Made by a program: the position numbers and the translations under genes. The notes under the pieces were generated by a model. It was not told the DNA's origin, searched no databases, and saw nothing but the letters and a program-made list of their open reading frames with translations. 64,000 nucleotides of DNA from Octopus vulgaris. Taxonomy: Eukaryota. The stretch covers positions 39,804,001 through 39,868,000 of the forward strand of contig OX597834.1 of NCBI GenBank assembly GCA_951406725.2. Reading direction: 5' to 3'. Of this stretch, positions 42,706-56,028 are shown piece by piece; the stretch's first letter is position 1; the number at the start of each line of letters is the position of its first letter.

Positions 42706-43264
42706 GTGTATATATAAGACACACGGTCACCTCCTCCAATGCCCTAGCCCCTCTCCAAGGTTCTTGTACCTCCTCTACAGCACCTCTCTGCCACACTCTA
42801 AGCTTTCATCATCTGACACAAGATCACCCCCTCCAATGTCCCCTCCCCTCTTAGAGGTCCTTTATCTTGCAAGTTACACCCTGCCAGTGCTGGTGTCACT
42901 TAAAAAGACATCGTGTCCACAGTGGTTGGCATTTTTGGAAGGACATCCAGCTGTAAAAACCTTGTCAAAACTGACCTCACCTGTGCTGGTGCCATGTAAA
43001 AAGCACTCAGTTCACTCTGCTGGGTGGTTGGTGTCAGGAAGAGCATCCAGCCATAGAGACCATGCCAAAATGCCAAAACAGACACAGAAGTTTGGTCAAG
43101 GACAGACAAAGGGATTAAGTCAATTACATCGACCCCAGTGTGTAACTGGTAATTATTTAATTGACCCCAAAAGGATGAAAGGCAAAGTTGACCTTGGCGG
43201 AATTTGAACTCAGAACCTAATGGCAGACGAAATACGGCTATGCATTTCGCCCGGCATGCTAATG

Positions 43265-43296
<32 letters not shown>

Positions 43297-43300
<4 letters not shown>

Positions 43301-43698
43301 CTCTTTCTCTCTTTTACTTGTTTCAGTCATTTGACTGCGGCCATGCTGGAGCACTGCCTTTAATCGAGCAACTCGACCCCGGGACTTATTCTTTTGTAAG
43401 CCCAGTACTTATTGTATCAGTCTCTTTTGCCGAACCGCTAAGTAACGGGGACATAAACACACCAGCATCAGTTGTCAAGCAATGCTAGGGGGACAAACAC
43501 AGACACACAAGCACACACATGCATATATACACATATATACGACGGGATTCTTTCAGTTTCCGTCTACCAAATCCACTCACAAGGCTTTGGTCGGCCCAAG
43601 GCTATAGTAGGAAGCACTGGCCCAAGGTGCCACGCAGTGGGATGAACTCGGAACCAAGTAGTTGGTAAGCAAGCTACTTACCACACAGCCACTCCTGC
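43297..43698 (-). mobile_element. SINE family A, full length, inserted in (TAA)n
   Basis: Same family sequence; taataat flanks on both sides. Confidence 0.9.
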
Positions 43699-43762
43699 TG
43701 TAATAATAATCTCTCTACATCACCATATCAGCATCATAACATCATCATGACCACTACCACCC

Positions 43763-43795
<33 letters not shown>

Positions 43796-44059
43796 CCACT
43801 ATTACTAACAATAATCATTTGAACTTTTACCATTTCTATTGAGAAATTATCCAGGGAGGGAGGGGGGCAGCAGCAGCAGCAGCAGCAGCAGCAGTTTTTA
43901 TTATGTGAGCCATGACTTGCTATGTTGAAGGAATCTTTTATGCAATTCTGACAGATGCATTGTTGTTCTCGTAAATGTTGGTGAGCAGAATTTTGTTTGC
44001 GGAAGAGAAATTAGCATAGGAACGTTGCTCATAATTTAGGATTAAGTGGAAGGAAGAAG

Positions 44060-44432
44060 AACAAGAAGAAGAAGAACAACAGCAACATCAATGATGATGA
44101 TGATGAGTAATGGTGGTGATGGTGGTGGTGGTGGTGAAACTTTTTATTTATTGGTTACAAAGCCAGAAGAAAATGAAGACAAAAGAAAACAAGAAGAGAG
44201 ATGGAACAAGAAAACAGAATACATGGTAATGATGATGATGGTGGTGGTGATGGTGGTGGTGATGATGGTGGTGATGATGATGATGATTATGATGATGATG
44301 ATGGTGGTGACGATGATGATGATGATGACGATGATGGTGGTGGTGGTGGTGGTGATGATGATGATGATGATGACGACGATGATGATGATGATGGTGGTGG
44401 TGGTGGTGATGGTGATGATGATGGTGATGATG
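44060..44432. repeat. (GAT/GGT)n trinucleotide field; others at 44720-44840, 45910-46006, 48420-48610, 53220-53393
   Basis: Direct inspection. Confidence 0.95.
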
Positions 44433-44535
44433 GACTCTCCCATTGAAGACAATGTACGAGCATTCAGCTTTTGCCGAATGACCTGCACCAATGATTTGTT
44501 TATGGTGATCAAATGTTCGTGCTGCACATTAGCTT

Positions 44536-44577
<42 letters not shown>

Positions 44578-44724
44578 GCACATCGATGTTGTCTGAGCAG
44601 GTGTACCATGTGCCATGCGCCAGGTGTCGGGGTGACCGCAGAGCAATGTCAGATGAATTGTTTTGCTTAAGAACACAATGCCCCACCCAGTCGAGGAACT
44701 GAAGTCACTAAGTCTTGCACCCAC

Positions 44725-44796
<72 letters not shown>

Positions 44797-45404
44797 AATA
44801 ATAATAATAATAATAATGATGATAATAATAATAATAATGAGTATTCCTTGCGATCACAATATAGCGGCGAAATAATTTGACAAGATCAGTAAATATGCAG
44901 GTGCTACAAAGAAAGGTGACCATGTAAAAAGCAGCCGTGCAGGTGCCACATAGAAAGGTACCCATGCTGGCACCATGTTAACAAGTACTCGTGCTGGTGT
45001 CACATGTAAAAGGCACCTGCACTGGTCCCACATAAAACAGCACTTTTGTTGGCACCATGTGTAAAGGCATTCATGCTCTCATCATGTAAAAGTGCACCCT
45101 TGCTCATGCCACATGAAATAGTACCCATGGTGGCAGTATGTCTATAGGCACCTATTTTGGTGCCATGTAAAAAGCACTTGTGCTGGTGCCACATAAAGCG
45201 GTACCCATGCTGGCACCACGTAAAGAAGCATCTATCCTGGTGCCATGTAAAAAACATCTAGCACACTCTGTGAATTGGTTAACATTAGGAAGGGTGTCCA
45301 GTCATAGAAGCCATGCCAAAACAGACAACTGGAACCTGGTACAGTTCCTGACTTAGCCAGCTCCTGTCAAACTGTCCAACCCATGCCAGCATGGAAAATG
45401 GACC

Positions 45405-45905
45405 TTAACCCTTTTAATACCAATCCGGCTGAAACTGCGTCTGGCTCTGTAGTACAAATGTCTTGTTTTCAAAAGTTCTGAATTAAAATCTTCCACCAAA
45501 CCTTAGTCACAATTTATGTTCCTAACACCAGCTGAATGATAACTAAGTTATTTTACTAAATTCTTTGTTATATTTAAAATTAATTGAAAGAAACACAGAA
45601 CATCTCAACAGAAATATGGTAACAAAAGGGTTAACTGACAATGATGATGATGGTGATGATGATGATGAACAATTCTTAACCCTTTTGATACCAACCTGGC
45701 TGAAACTGCCTCTGGCTCTATAGTACAAGTGTCTTGTTTTCAAAAGTTCTGAATTAAAATCTTCCACCAAACCTTAGTCACAATTTATGTTCCTAACACT
45801 AGCTGAATGATAACTAAGTTATTTTACTAAATTCTTTGTTATATTTAAAATTAATTGAAAGAAACACAGAACATCTCAACAGAAATATGGTAACAAAAGG
45901 GTTAA
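45405..45905 (+). mobile_element. Two tandem TTAA-flanked piggyBac-like MITEs (45405-45634, 45676-45905)
   Basis: TTAACCCTTTT...AAAAGGGTTAA; near-identical 230-bp copies. Confidence 0.9.
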
Positions 45906-45968
45906 CTGACAATGATGATGATGGTGATGATGATGATGATGACAATGATGATGATGACGGTGATGATA

Positions 45969-46009
<41 letters not shown>

Positions 46010-46494
46010 ATTAAGGCAGGGTATAGTGGATGATGTAAACTAAACATTATGAACCAAAACTTCTTAGTCAGTGTGTATAAATGTAGACCTCTGGGTCACT
46101 GTTTCAACTTGAAGTCCTTCAAGGAAGAACAAACACTTCCTGAAAGACAAATGGAATTTGGAACACTCTTCTGATCTGTTCAAAGACATTTTCAGAGGAA
46201 TTAGCTGCTGTTGGAGGAGAAGATGTGTCAGTAAGTTCACTGGGGAAAAGGGAAGGGTGAGAAGGAGGGAAAGAGCAAAAAGTAGGGACAAGGGTATATA
46301 CACACACACTTCCTTATACATACACATGCCCATACATACATCCACACACACACATGCATATATATATATATATATATGTGTGTGTATGTGTATACATACA
46401 TTCACACATATACAGACATATACACTCAGTCATATATATATATGCGTGTATGTGTATACATACATTCACACATATACAGACATATACACTCAAT

Positions 46495-46525
<31 letters not shown>

Positions 46526-46789
46526 TGAGAGAGAGACAGACAGAGATTTGTACATAGACATTCATACATGCATATATATATAAACATTCATACATATATA
46601 GATATATATAAACACGCACATACTATGTTTATGTGTGTGCATGTATATATACATATACACACACACACACACACACAATCATACACATATATGTACACAC
46701 ACCCACATGCCCATCACCTCCCAAGTAGAAAGAACCAGGAAGAGAAAGCACAAGTAGATAATGGCTATTGACAGACTTGAGAGAGAAAT

Positions 46790-46827
<38 letters not shown>

Positions 46828-47174
46828 GAGGGAGAGAGAGAGAGAGAGGAAAGAGATGAGTCAGAGACTGAAGACTCTTAAGTAAATTATGAAACAGTCT
46901 AAAGTCTGATAAGATGTGTGTGTGTGTCTGTGTGTCACAAAGACTGGTCTTCCTGTTGCAGATCAGGAAATATTTCAGCTCCACACAACTACTGACCCTT
47001 GACCCCTATACAAAGGTCACATAAAACCCACAATGCAATATTATTGCTCCCACATCTAGAACAGTGCTGCTGCTGCTACTACTGCTGCTGCTGCTACTAC
47101 TGCTGCTGCTACAACAGATACAAAAATCCTAGACTTCTAAACAACAACAACAACAACAATAATAATAATGAATA

Positions 47175-47345
47175 ATATCGAAGACAACTGGAAAGATAAA
47201 TTCCTAACCACCTGTCCCAGATATTGATCAAAATCTAACACACAAATGGCTACAAAAGAGAGGGAAACAGAAGGTTTTGTTATTGCAGTGCAAGATCAGA
47301 GCTTACCTACCAGAAACTACCATGCAAACGTCCTTAAAGTTGGAG
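47175..47345 (+). pseudogene. Internal fragment of an R4/Dong-like LINE ORF
   Basis: Encodes ETEGFVIAVQDQSLPTRNYHANVLK, the conserved motif before the CCHC finger. Preceded by (AAT)n. Confidence 0.75.
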
Positions 47346-47416
47346 TCTGTTCAAGAATTCTGTTGTGGTGGGCAGGGTTATCTCAAATGTCTGTCATAAA
47401 CTCAACCAGTTTAAAT

Positions 47417-48115
47417 CAGAAGTTCTCAACCCTTTTTTTTTTTACCTAAGGATCTCTTTGATTCCTGCTTTAATCTACTGGACCCCCAGAGCCATTTGAT
47501 GTTTAAAAACACCCTATTATCATCATCATCATCATCATCATCGTTTAACGTCCGTTCTCCATGCTAGCATGGGTTGGACGGTTCGACCGGGGATCTGGGA
47601 AGCCAGAAGGTTGCACCAGGCTCCGGTCTTATCTGGCAATGTTTCTACAGCTGGATGCCCTTCCTAACGCCAACCACTCCATGAGTGTAGTGGGTGCTTT
47701 TTATGTGCCACCTGCACTGGAGCCAGGCGAGGCTGGCATCAGCCATGGTCGGATTGGTGCATTTTACGTGCCACCTGCACGGAAGCCAGTCGAGGCGGCG
47801 CTGGCATCGGCCATGATTCGGATAGTGCTTTTTACGTATCTCCAGTCCAGGGGTCCTGGCATCTGCCAGGTGCCAGTCATAGGATTGGTTCAATTTCGAT
47901 TCCGATTTCACTTGCCCCAACAGGTCTTCGCAAGCATTATGTTTTTTATAATTAGATATCATAAGGAACTGTATAAAAAACAAACTGTTAAAATATTTCA
48001 AGAATTGTAGAAGAACAGCCAATTTATTGCATATAAATTTTAACAAAATCAGATATGATCCTCAAAGGTCATGTAGACCCCCAAGGGTCATGTGAGCCCC
48101 GGTTGAGAATCACTG
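47417..48115. mobile_element. hAT MITE with a nested family C SINE (47518-47935)
   Basis: TIRs cagaagttctcaacc / ggttgagaatcactg; 8-bp TSD gtttaaat / gtttagat. Confidence 0.8.
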
Positions 48116-49804
48116 GTTTAGATATTACATTGGCAAAACTGGTAGAGCATTAGACAAAATGTCTTGTGGTATTTACTTTCAGTTGTTCCTGTCTGAGTTC
48201 AAATCCTGGCAAGGTCAAAATTTGCCTTTTATCTTTCGGAGAGCAATACATAAAATATCAATGAAGCACCTGGGTTTGATTTAATTGACTGATTATTGCT
48301 GTCTAAATATAATTTTTGCTGATACAGACAACCAATTGTCGACTTTTGGAAATTTTTATTGTTTATTTTATGATATTTCATATCCGGCATTTTGCAGTAA
48401 TATAGCAAAATGAATCATTTAACATCACCGTAACCATCATCATCATCGGCATCATCATCGTCATCAATATCATCACCACCATCACCACTATCCCCACCAA
48501 CACCACCGTCAGCATTGTCATCATCATCATCATCATCATGATCACCAGCAGCATCAACATCATACCTATTACCACAACCACCACCACCACCACCACCACC
48601 ACCACCATGGTCTTGATATTCATTGTTATTTGGCAGGTATGCAAGAATATGTGTCTGGGGGTGGGGTTTAGAGTACAAGGAGGTGGGCTGGAGGTGAAAT
48701 GATTATCTTAGGCTCTTTCTTTCTTTTCCTTTCTTTCCTTCCTTCTTTCTTTCTTCTACTTTAAATTCAAAACGTGATATATGACTGACACAACAAATAT
48801 AAGGAAACTTTCTTAGAAAAATAGAAAATATCGTAAATTTAAGATAAGGAAACATGAAACATTTAGCTATGTGTGTATGTAAACATACACAGACAATGTG
48901 TGTCTCTCTGTTTTTTTTTTTATTCTCTCTCTGTATATTTCCTCGTGTTCATTTCCGCTGAAGAGCACAGGCTTGAAACATAAAAGACATTCTCACCTTC
49001 CCAAGTGTCAAACTAATACACTTGCTTGTTGTTTATACATCTGTCTTCATCTTTTGCTTTTCTGTAAATTTCAACACTATATATGTGAATATATATATAT
49101 CATGTGACTGACCAGGCTATCAAACGTTGTTATACATTGCTGGTCACAATGTGCTTTTTGCATTGTTTTAGCCTTCAAATGATGTCACCCAATTGGCTAG
49201 GTGAGCAGGCCAACTTTACCCCTCTGATCGAAAGGGGGGACCAAAACAAAATGAAATGAAGTGTTTTGCTCAAGAATACAACGTGCCACCCTGTCAGAGA
49301 ATCAAACCCATGATCTAGAGATTGTCAGTGCAACAGCCTAACCACTAGGTCATGTGGCATATATAAATATATATATATATGTTCTACATACATATACTTG
49401 TAGATTTCTCTCTAAGTGTCAATATCATAATCATCATTATTGCTTAACGTCCATTTTCCATGCTGGCATGGGTTAGATGATTCGACTGGAGTCTGGGAAG
49501 CGAGGAGGCTGCACCGGGCTCCAGTCTGATCTGACAGTGTTTCTACAGCTGGATGCCCTTCCTAATGTCAACCACTCTGAGAGTGTAGTGGGTGCTTTTC
49601 ATGTGCCACCGGCACAGGGGCCAGAGTAGGCTGGCAACAACCACAATCGGTTGGTGCTTTTTACATGCCACTGGCACAGGGATCACAACTACAATTTCCA
49701 TTTCATTATATATATATATATATAAACATATATATATACACATACTTACATATTTATACATACATACATACATATACACTTATAACTGTAGCTCTCTATG
49801 TATC

Positions 49805-49844
<40 letters not shown>

Positions 49845-50180
49845 CATATGCATTTGTATACTCACACAGATATATATGACTGTAAATTTGTGTGTTAAAC
49901 TATATATATTACATGTGTGTGGGTGTGTGTGTACACATACGTAAGGTAAGAAAATAAAATAGAAATACAAAGTTGTGTGAGCTGGAGATGAGGGAAGGTG
50001 GAAAAAAAGAAGACAAAAAACACAAAGAAAAAGAAGAAATAATTTCTACAAAAGAGAAATTTTGAAAGAGGAAGAAAAATCGTTTTTGTCAGAATTTTAA
50101 ATCTAATTATATCAGTTTCTTTGTGAAATGGTTTGGGAAGCAGGAAATCTGACTGTAACAACAGGAATGGTATCCACTGA

Positions 50181-50226
<46 letters not shown>

Positions 50227-51234
50227 TATACATACATATGTATATGCAACACGTATATATATATATATGTAATACACACACATGTATATGTAACATGTGT
50301 ATATATATATATATATGTTACACAGATAGATACATAGATACCGTATGTATGTATATACAGATATATATGTATATATGTGTGTTGTGTGTATGTGTGTCTG
50401 TATTTTTGATAGACAGATACAGATATGCATTTGTATGTGTGTATATATATATATATATATTGTTGACAGATGCATAGAGCAATTTGTTAACAATCATATA
50501 TATATATACATACATATATACACATGCACATATATGCACATATACAGACATACATTTATATATATATACACACACACATACACATATATATATACACACA
50601 CACATACATACACACATATATACACACATTTATATATATATATACACACATATGTTTGTGTACGCACACATACATACATATAAAGAGAGAGGTGTGTGTA
50701 TTGCGTATGTATGTATGTTTGTGTTTGGGTAGTCTGTATCAGATACACTTTATCACACTACAATGAGATATCATCACTGTTTTTATTATTATTATTATTA
50801 TTATTCTATGCTTGGTGGACATGTCTTGAAATCGTTTCCAATTTCCTGATTCTTGCCTATCTTCTTTGTTATTTTACATGGAGAAGAAGAGACAAAGAAC
50901 GGTTTTACTGCAGTTTTCCTTGTTTTTGTTTAATTTTTGTGTTTTTTTTTATTGAAGGGGGGAAGGGAGTGGAGTGATACTGTTTCCATCTCACTTCTTT
51001 CTTTCTTTCTTTCTATCTTTCTTTTCTCTCTCTCTCCCTTTCTGTCTTTCTTTTCTTTCTTTCTTTCACTTCTTAAAAGATAGAAAAACCGTTGTTGGTA
51101 ACATTTGTGTGTGTGTATATGTGTGTGTGTGTATGCCAAATATGTACACACATACATTTATATCTATCTGTCCCTATATATATATTCATATACATGTGTG
51201 TGTGAGTGTGTGTGTATGTATATACATATATATA

Positions 51235-51269
<35 letters not shown>

Positions 51270-51467
51270 GTGTGTTTGTCCCCGCAACATCACTTGACAA
51301 CCAATGGTGGTGCGTTTACGTCCCCGTAACTTAGCAGTTCAGCAAAAGAGATGATAAAATAAGTACTAGGTTTATAAAGAATGAGTCCTGGGGTCAATCT
51401 GGTCAAGTAAATGTGATGCTCCAGCATGGCCACAGTCAAATGACTGAAACAAGTAAAAGAATAGAAG

Positions 51468-51506
<39 letters not shown>

Positions 51507-51699
51507 ATGTATGTATATTTATATTTCTTTATATTTCTTTATACCCCCTTTACATCTCCTTACAACTCTTTATATCTTTATCCTCTACATTTTTATATTA
51601 TTCTATACGTACATTTTTTATATATATTTTTTATCCCTCGTCCCGAACTCTCGCCCCTCCATCTTCACCTCTATATACGTATTTATTTATTTACATTAC

Positions 51700-51960
51700 C
51701 TCAACATCCAAGTTTCCTCATTCTACATTGAGAGAAGAAAGAGATGGACGCTTCAATTCTATGCTGCTGCCGCATTATGTCGTACGTGAACGAGAGGATT
51801 TGCATCCCCAACCAAGAATTTTTGATGTAACACATGTCCTTGTGGAAGCTGTTGTGCGCGGCTGAAGAAGGCCACAGACATACATTATGCTTTGTTATAA
51901 ATCTGTCTAATAAAGGCCCGAAACATATGTACCGCTGAATCCTTCGCCTCATGTTTTTAT
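51700..51960 (-). other. Candidate 5' exon, mostly UTR, possibly encoding only M-L-(R/S); upstream boundary unknown
   Basis: Unique CpG-containing block between (TA)n tracts that ends in donor GAG|GTAATG (GT at 51699-51698). ATG TTG AG directly precedes the donor. Upstream ATG frames terminate within the exon (uORF-like). Confidence 0.35.
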
Positions 51961-51973
51961 TTTTATTTTGATC

Positions 51974-52027
<54 letters not shown>

Positions 52028-52172
52028 GTGTTTATGTGTATGTTTTTTGTGTTTCCTCTTTCTCTCCCCCTTATATACACGTACACATGTGTATATATGT
52101 ATATGTAATAACATTTTGATAATTTCAATAAATTTATGTAACAGCCACACAGAATCACACTTAGGTGAACAG

Positions 52173-52216
<44 letters not shown>

Positions 52217-52266
52217 ATATATATATATATATGTACATATTCCTTTTGAGAGGAATCTATATCCTC

Positions 52267-52318
<52 letters not shown>

Positions 52319-52453
52319 ATATAAAGACATATATGGGCAAAAATGGAATAAAAATTCTAGAAATAGCAACAAAAAATCTACAACAAAAAAAACAATCAGC
52401 AATAACGAAAACATGTAAAACAACAACAAACAACAACAACAAGACCAACTTAC

Positions 52454-52595
52454 GTTAAGAGCCAATCAAGATTGGCAACTCTATGAATAGAATAGATAAG
52501 ATCGAGGTAGCAAGACATGTTGTTAGGAGACTGGCTTTGGTAAAATGAGAGAAAGGAACTGAAGACTCTGGCGTGTCATACTTGGGTCTGCAAGG
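52454..52595 (-). CDS. Candidate 142-nt exon (5'UTR plus ATG at 52518: MSCYLDLIYSIHRVANLDWLL-T, phase 2)
   Basis: Very strong acceptor tttcccttctttgccctcctttgcccccctcctgcag (AG at 52597-52596) and consensus donor AAC|GTAAGT (52453-52448). All three frames contain a stop when read from the acceptor, but aacaacATG opens 21 codons + 2 nt to the donor. Confidence 0.6.
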
Positions 52596-52675
52596 CTGCA
52601 GGAGGGGGGCAAAGGAGGGCAAAGAAGGGAAATTAATTCAATGATTAATAATAATGATGATGATGATGATGATAG

Positions 52676-52706
<31 letters not shown>

Positions 52707-53049
52707 GGTGATAGTAATTGGCCACTTATAAGCCCTTCACCACCACCACCACCACCACCGGTGCCATGCGATGCGCACCCCTATGAGAAGCCAATTATGA
52801 CGAAGTGATGTTTAAGATTAATGTGGATGTAAGCTGCTTCAGGTACTTTACTGTGGGTTAATTAGTATGTGTACGTATGTGTGGGTATGTGTGGGTGAGA
52901 GAGAGGGAGAGAGAGAGAGAAAGTGAGAGCAGGAGAGAAGGAGGGGGTGTAAGAGTGTATGCTATAAAGTAGGCAAGAGTATATACTTAGTCATTTTTTG
53001 AAATAATAATAATAATAATAATAATGATGATGATGATGATGATGATGAT

Positions 53050-53231
53050 AATCCTTTCTACTGGAAACACAAGGCCTCAAATTTGGGGGGAAGGGATTAA
53101 GTCGATTACATTGACCCCAGTGCATAACTGGTACTTATTTAACCGACCCTGAAAGGATGAAAGTGAACCGAGGTGGAATTTGAACTCAGAATGTAAAGAC
53201 CGACGAAATGCCGGCAATCATGATAATAATG

Positions 53232-53280
<49 letters not shown>

Positions 53281-54180
53281 GAAGAAGAAGAAGAAGAAGA
53301 AGAAGTAGAAGAAGAAGAAGAAGAAGAAGAAGAAGAAGAAGAAGAAGAAGAAGAAGAAGAAGAAGAAGAAGAAGAAGAAGAAGAAGAAGAAGAATGGTAT
53401 CAAATTTTGGCACAAGGCCAGCAATTTCAAGGAAAGTGTTCGGTCAATTACATTGACCCCATACTATATGTACAAGGCTTGAAATTTTGGTAAGAGGGGA
53501 CTAGTTGATTACATCGACCCCAGTGTTTCACTGGTACTTAATTTATTGACCATGAAAAGATGAAAAGCAAAGTCGACCCCAGTAGAAAAAAATCTAACAA
53601 TAATAATAATAATAAGTAAAAGATTATGAAGCGGAATTCCTTCTACTATAGGCACAAGACCTAAAATTTTGGTGGGAGGGAGCCAATTGATTTGATTGAC
53701 CCAGTACGCAACTGGTACTTAATTTATTGATGCCGAAAGGATGAAAGGCAAAGTTGACCTTTCATCCTTTCGGGGTCGAGAAATTAAGTACCAGTTGCAT
53801 ACAACGGTTTCAAATTTTGATATAAAACCAGCAACTTCAGGGCAGGACAGGACAGTCAATTACATCGACCCCCAGCAATCAACTGGTACATAGTTTATCA
53901 ACCTGCAAAGGGGTGAGAGGCAGAGATCATCCCTTTAAACTCAGAATGTACAGACAGACTAAATGCCCGTTAAGCATTTTACCTGGTGTGTTAATGATTC
54001 TGACAGCTCACTGTTTTTAATAATAATAATTTTTTTGTTCTATTTGATTTTTGCAAAACATCTGGTGTGTTTATTTTAGTAGCTTATCAATGTATACAGC
54101 AAATTTCTTTGCCCTAAGCATCAGGAAAACACTCAGCAAAATGGAAACAATATTGAAGAAAAACAAATAATGATGATGAC

Positions 54181-54235
<55 letters not shown>

Positions 54236-55023
54236 TGCAAGTGTTATCATGTTCATTGTTTTGTCTTGGTATAAAAGATGGGCTACAGCAAATATTTTGC
54301 TCAATACCACAGATTTGCTTGTCAGTTGTTTGACCTTAACCAGTAGAGTATGTCCCTTAGTGGCTGACGATATTTGCATCTCTGATCACGAGCAGAAGTA
54401 GTGGGGGAGCATCATAGCCATGTGTTATAGGGATTCTTTGGGGTTTGAATAATTCAGCTGGAAACATGGGTGTTTCATTCAACATCCTTAAACAACCCTT
54501 ATTAGGGACCTTTTGAGCAGGATGGGTTAGTTGATCAGAAGAAAATTCCAGCTGGGCCCCACCGGCAAGGTCATGCACTGTTAATCTTGATATGAGATCA
54601 CAATGTCGCGCACCTATGGTTGTGATGCTTGTGCCTAGTGTACCCTTATCAGATGGGTACTCATGATGGGTATACTGGGCTTCGTATATTTTAGCCCAGT
54701 GTCACTTTGATGGCATGCACTGCTCTCTCACTCAATAATAATAATAATAATGATAATAATAACAGTTGACCTCAGCAGAACTTGAACCGAGAACGGAGCG
54801 ATGGGCAAAATACTGCTAAACATTTCATCCAGCGTGCTAACAATTCCGCCAGCTTGCCGCTTTATCAACAACTATAATAATTCTTTCTAATTTTGACAAT
54901 AATGCTTGAAATTTTGAGGGGAGGGGGATTATTCAATTACATTGGTCCCAATACTCAACTGGTACTCATTTTGTCAACCCCCCAAAGGATGAAAGGCAAA
55001 GTTCACCTCAGCAGAGTTTGAAC
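53050..55023. mobile_element. Dense cluster of mostly minus-oriented SINE family B copies and fragments separated by (TAA)n/(GAA)n tracts
   Basis: At least 6 recurrences of gacccc..tg..actggtact and aaggatgaaaggcaaag. Confidence 0.85.
54236..54734 (-). mobile_element. Second copy of repeat E, flanked by (TAA)n
   Basis: Reverse-complement match to 5738-6240. Confidence 0.8.
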
Positions 55024-55066
<43 letters not shown>

Positions 55067-55606
55067 TGACAGGCTTCTTTCAGTTTCCATCTAATAAATC
55101 TATTTACAAGGATCTAGTCAGCCTGAGAGTATAGCAAAAGACATTTTATTTGTCCAAGGAGCCACACAGAGGAATTGAACCCAAATCACCAGGTTGGAAA
55201 TCAAACTTCTTAACCACACTGCCATGTTTCACAAATACCAAAATGCTCCACTGATTTGTACCCACACCCCCACCGGCCGGCCCTGCGCCAAAAAAAAAAA
55301 CCTATCAAAAATAATCCCAGTGCAGCAATGTCTAAAGTAGGAATGCTGAACAGCAGTAAAAAATCAATCATGTGAGTATTTATTGATAGAAATTGGTCTA
55401 TTAGAGATCAATAGATCTATAAAGAATCAATATTTTCTATATTGCAGATCTAAACAAGAGTTTGTATCTGAAATCATTACAATAACACATTCAAAAGTTT
55501 CTGCTTGCAGAAATATTCATTTAAACATCCCCAATTCTACACAATTGGTTCGTATCAAATATCAATCAGAAATTTGGTTAATATTTCATGCATACATACA
55601 TACATA

Positions 55607-55989
55607 TACTCTTTACTCTTTTACTCTTTTACTTGTTTCAGTCATTTGACTGCGGCCATGCTGGAGCACCGCCTTTAATCGAGCAACTCGACCCTGGGAC
55701 TTATTCTTTTGTAAGCCCAGTACTTATTCTATCGGTCTCTTTTGCTGAACCGCTAAGTAACGGGGACATAAACACACCAGTATCGGTTGTCAAGCAATGC
55801 TAGGGGGAACAAACACAGACACACATACACACACACGCATATATATATATATATACAAATATACGACGGGCTTCTTTCAGTTTCCGTCTACCAAATCCAC
55901 TCACAAGGCTTTGGTCGGCCCGAGGCTATAGTAGAAGACACTTGCCCAAGGTGCCACGCAGTGGGACTGAACCCGGAACCATGTGGTTG
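55607..55989 (-). mobile_element. SINE family A, slightly 5'-truncated
   Basis: Same family sequence with repeated tactctt tail. Confidence 0.9.
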
Positions 55990-56028
55990 TTATATATATA
56001 CATATATACATATACATATATATATATA

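Noticed and set aside
44046-44702. 218-aa poly-M/V ORF and poly-D/G frame
   Set aside because: (GAT/GGT)n microsatellite plus a SINE fragment.
46090-46240. Plus-strand donor GTCA|GTAAGT (46231) and minus-strand acceptor gtctttcag (~46140)
   Set aside because: Neither has a convincing partner splice site; no other support for an antisense gene.
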